Of a stretch of 64,000 nt of DNA, positions 63,040 to 64,000 are shown piece after piece. The stretch comes from Octopus bimaculoides (lineage: Eukaryota): assembly GCF_001194135.2 (NCBI RefSeq), contig NC_068987.1:81470829-81534828 (forward strand), read 5' to 3'. The translations under genes and the position numbers were made by a program. The number at the start of each line of letters is the position of its first letter. The first letter of the stretch is position 1. Under the pieces are notes generated by a model that was not told the origin of the DNA, ran no database searches, and worked only from the letters and a program-made list of their open reading frames with translations.

Positions 63040-64000
63040 AAATTCCATGGTGATGCAGGTTAATGATACAACCCAATCCTCCCTCTTCACTGGAGACAAG
63101 GTTGTGAAAAATATGGACAACATCTAGCAACTTGGCAGTGCAGTCAGTAAGAATGGAAGCATATAAAGTTATTTGAACAACAGTATTGGCCAAGTAAGAG
63201 TCATATTCCTGTATACGATCCAAATTCTTACTAAAACAATCATCAGCTGCAATGGAGACTGGAGTTTATAGGACAATTGTTATGTCAACAGATCTGTATA
63301 ACAGTGAAACATAGAAAATGAAAGAACAATTGGCCAAGAAGACGTACACATTTCACTTACAATGCATAAGGAAGGTCCTCAAAGTTACCCAGAGAAACAG
63401 AATTACAAATGAAGACACTCTTTTCCAAGCAAGTCCTCAAGTGCTATAAGTATGTCTACTTATATGTGAGTGCGTGTGTCTATTCACCAGGAGTTGACAA
63501 GATCACAGCAAAGCTTCTAAGACATGGAGAACCATAAATTATTTAGATACTGACCTCTGTCTGTCAAAGGATGTGGGAAACAGGACAGTAGCTGAAAGTA
63601 TTGACCCAACTTTTCAAGAAGAGAAACCTGAGACTTAGTTAAAATTACAGAATGTACAGTCTGATCATTCCCCCAGAAAAATTCTTCTGATGGTTCTCCA
63701 ATTCTCACAAATAGTCTGAAGTAGAAAGCAGAATAAATCCTCAAAGGAAATCTTGCAGGATTCAGCTAAAAAAATGATTACACCAGTGCAGATATCTCAC
63801 ATCAGACTGTTGGTCAAGAAACATCAACAACAATGTGATATCTACTACAAGCTCGTTGACTTCAGTGAGGGGTTGAGGTGACTGATGAAGGATCTAAGTT
63901 CTGTAGAACAGGTCAAAGAGTTCCCCAATAACAACACTGAAGACTTCAGGACAGCAATTGGTGTTTTGTCAGAATTATCTCCTCTCCTCGTCACTTTCCA
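63040..64000 (+). mobile_element. Decayed RTE RT fragments
   Basis: 63040-63450 resembles the RT C-terminal part (VMQVN..., LGSAVSKNG, KVT...ITNE). 63480-64000 resembles the RT N-terminal part (EDFRTAIGV, LSPLL). Confidence 0.55.

Overview
AT-rich, microsatellite-dense animal genomic DNA with four N-gaps. The repeat families look like those of Octopus (recognised from memory, not verified by a search). No host gene can be recognised with confidence, and most ORF-track entries are microsatellite, N-gap or antisense-of-repeat artefacts. The window is mainly transposable elements: three tRNA-derived SINE families; many RTE-clade LINE fragments, one family carrying a C4HC3 PHD finger inside the RT; a CR1/Jockey-group LINE; an R4/Dong-like RLE LINE end; a Chapaev3-type DNA transposon with both ends present (CACTGGTCAACA TIRs, TAA TSD, pseudogenised transposase); a non-autonomous Helitron; and mariner- and piggyBac-derived remnants or MITEs. 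The most interesting signals are (1) two Penelope-like-element-associated hammerhead ribozyme motifs, one in a 16-bp-TSD-flanked inverted insert at 4.6-5.0 kb and one just downstream of a decayed GIY-YIG ORF at 34.0-34.6 kb; (2) a ~200-bp, ~91% identical foldback inverted duplication with a 22-bp flanking direct repeat at 45.6-46.0 kb; (3) a SINE hotspot with a triplicated 15-bp target sequence; and (4) two RTE copies inserted into the same SINE family in the same way. A few splice-site-bounded open frames may be exons of an unidentified host gene but are low confidence. Coordinates of decayed repeats are approximate.
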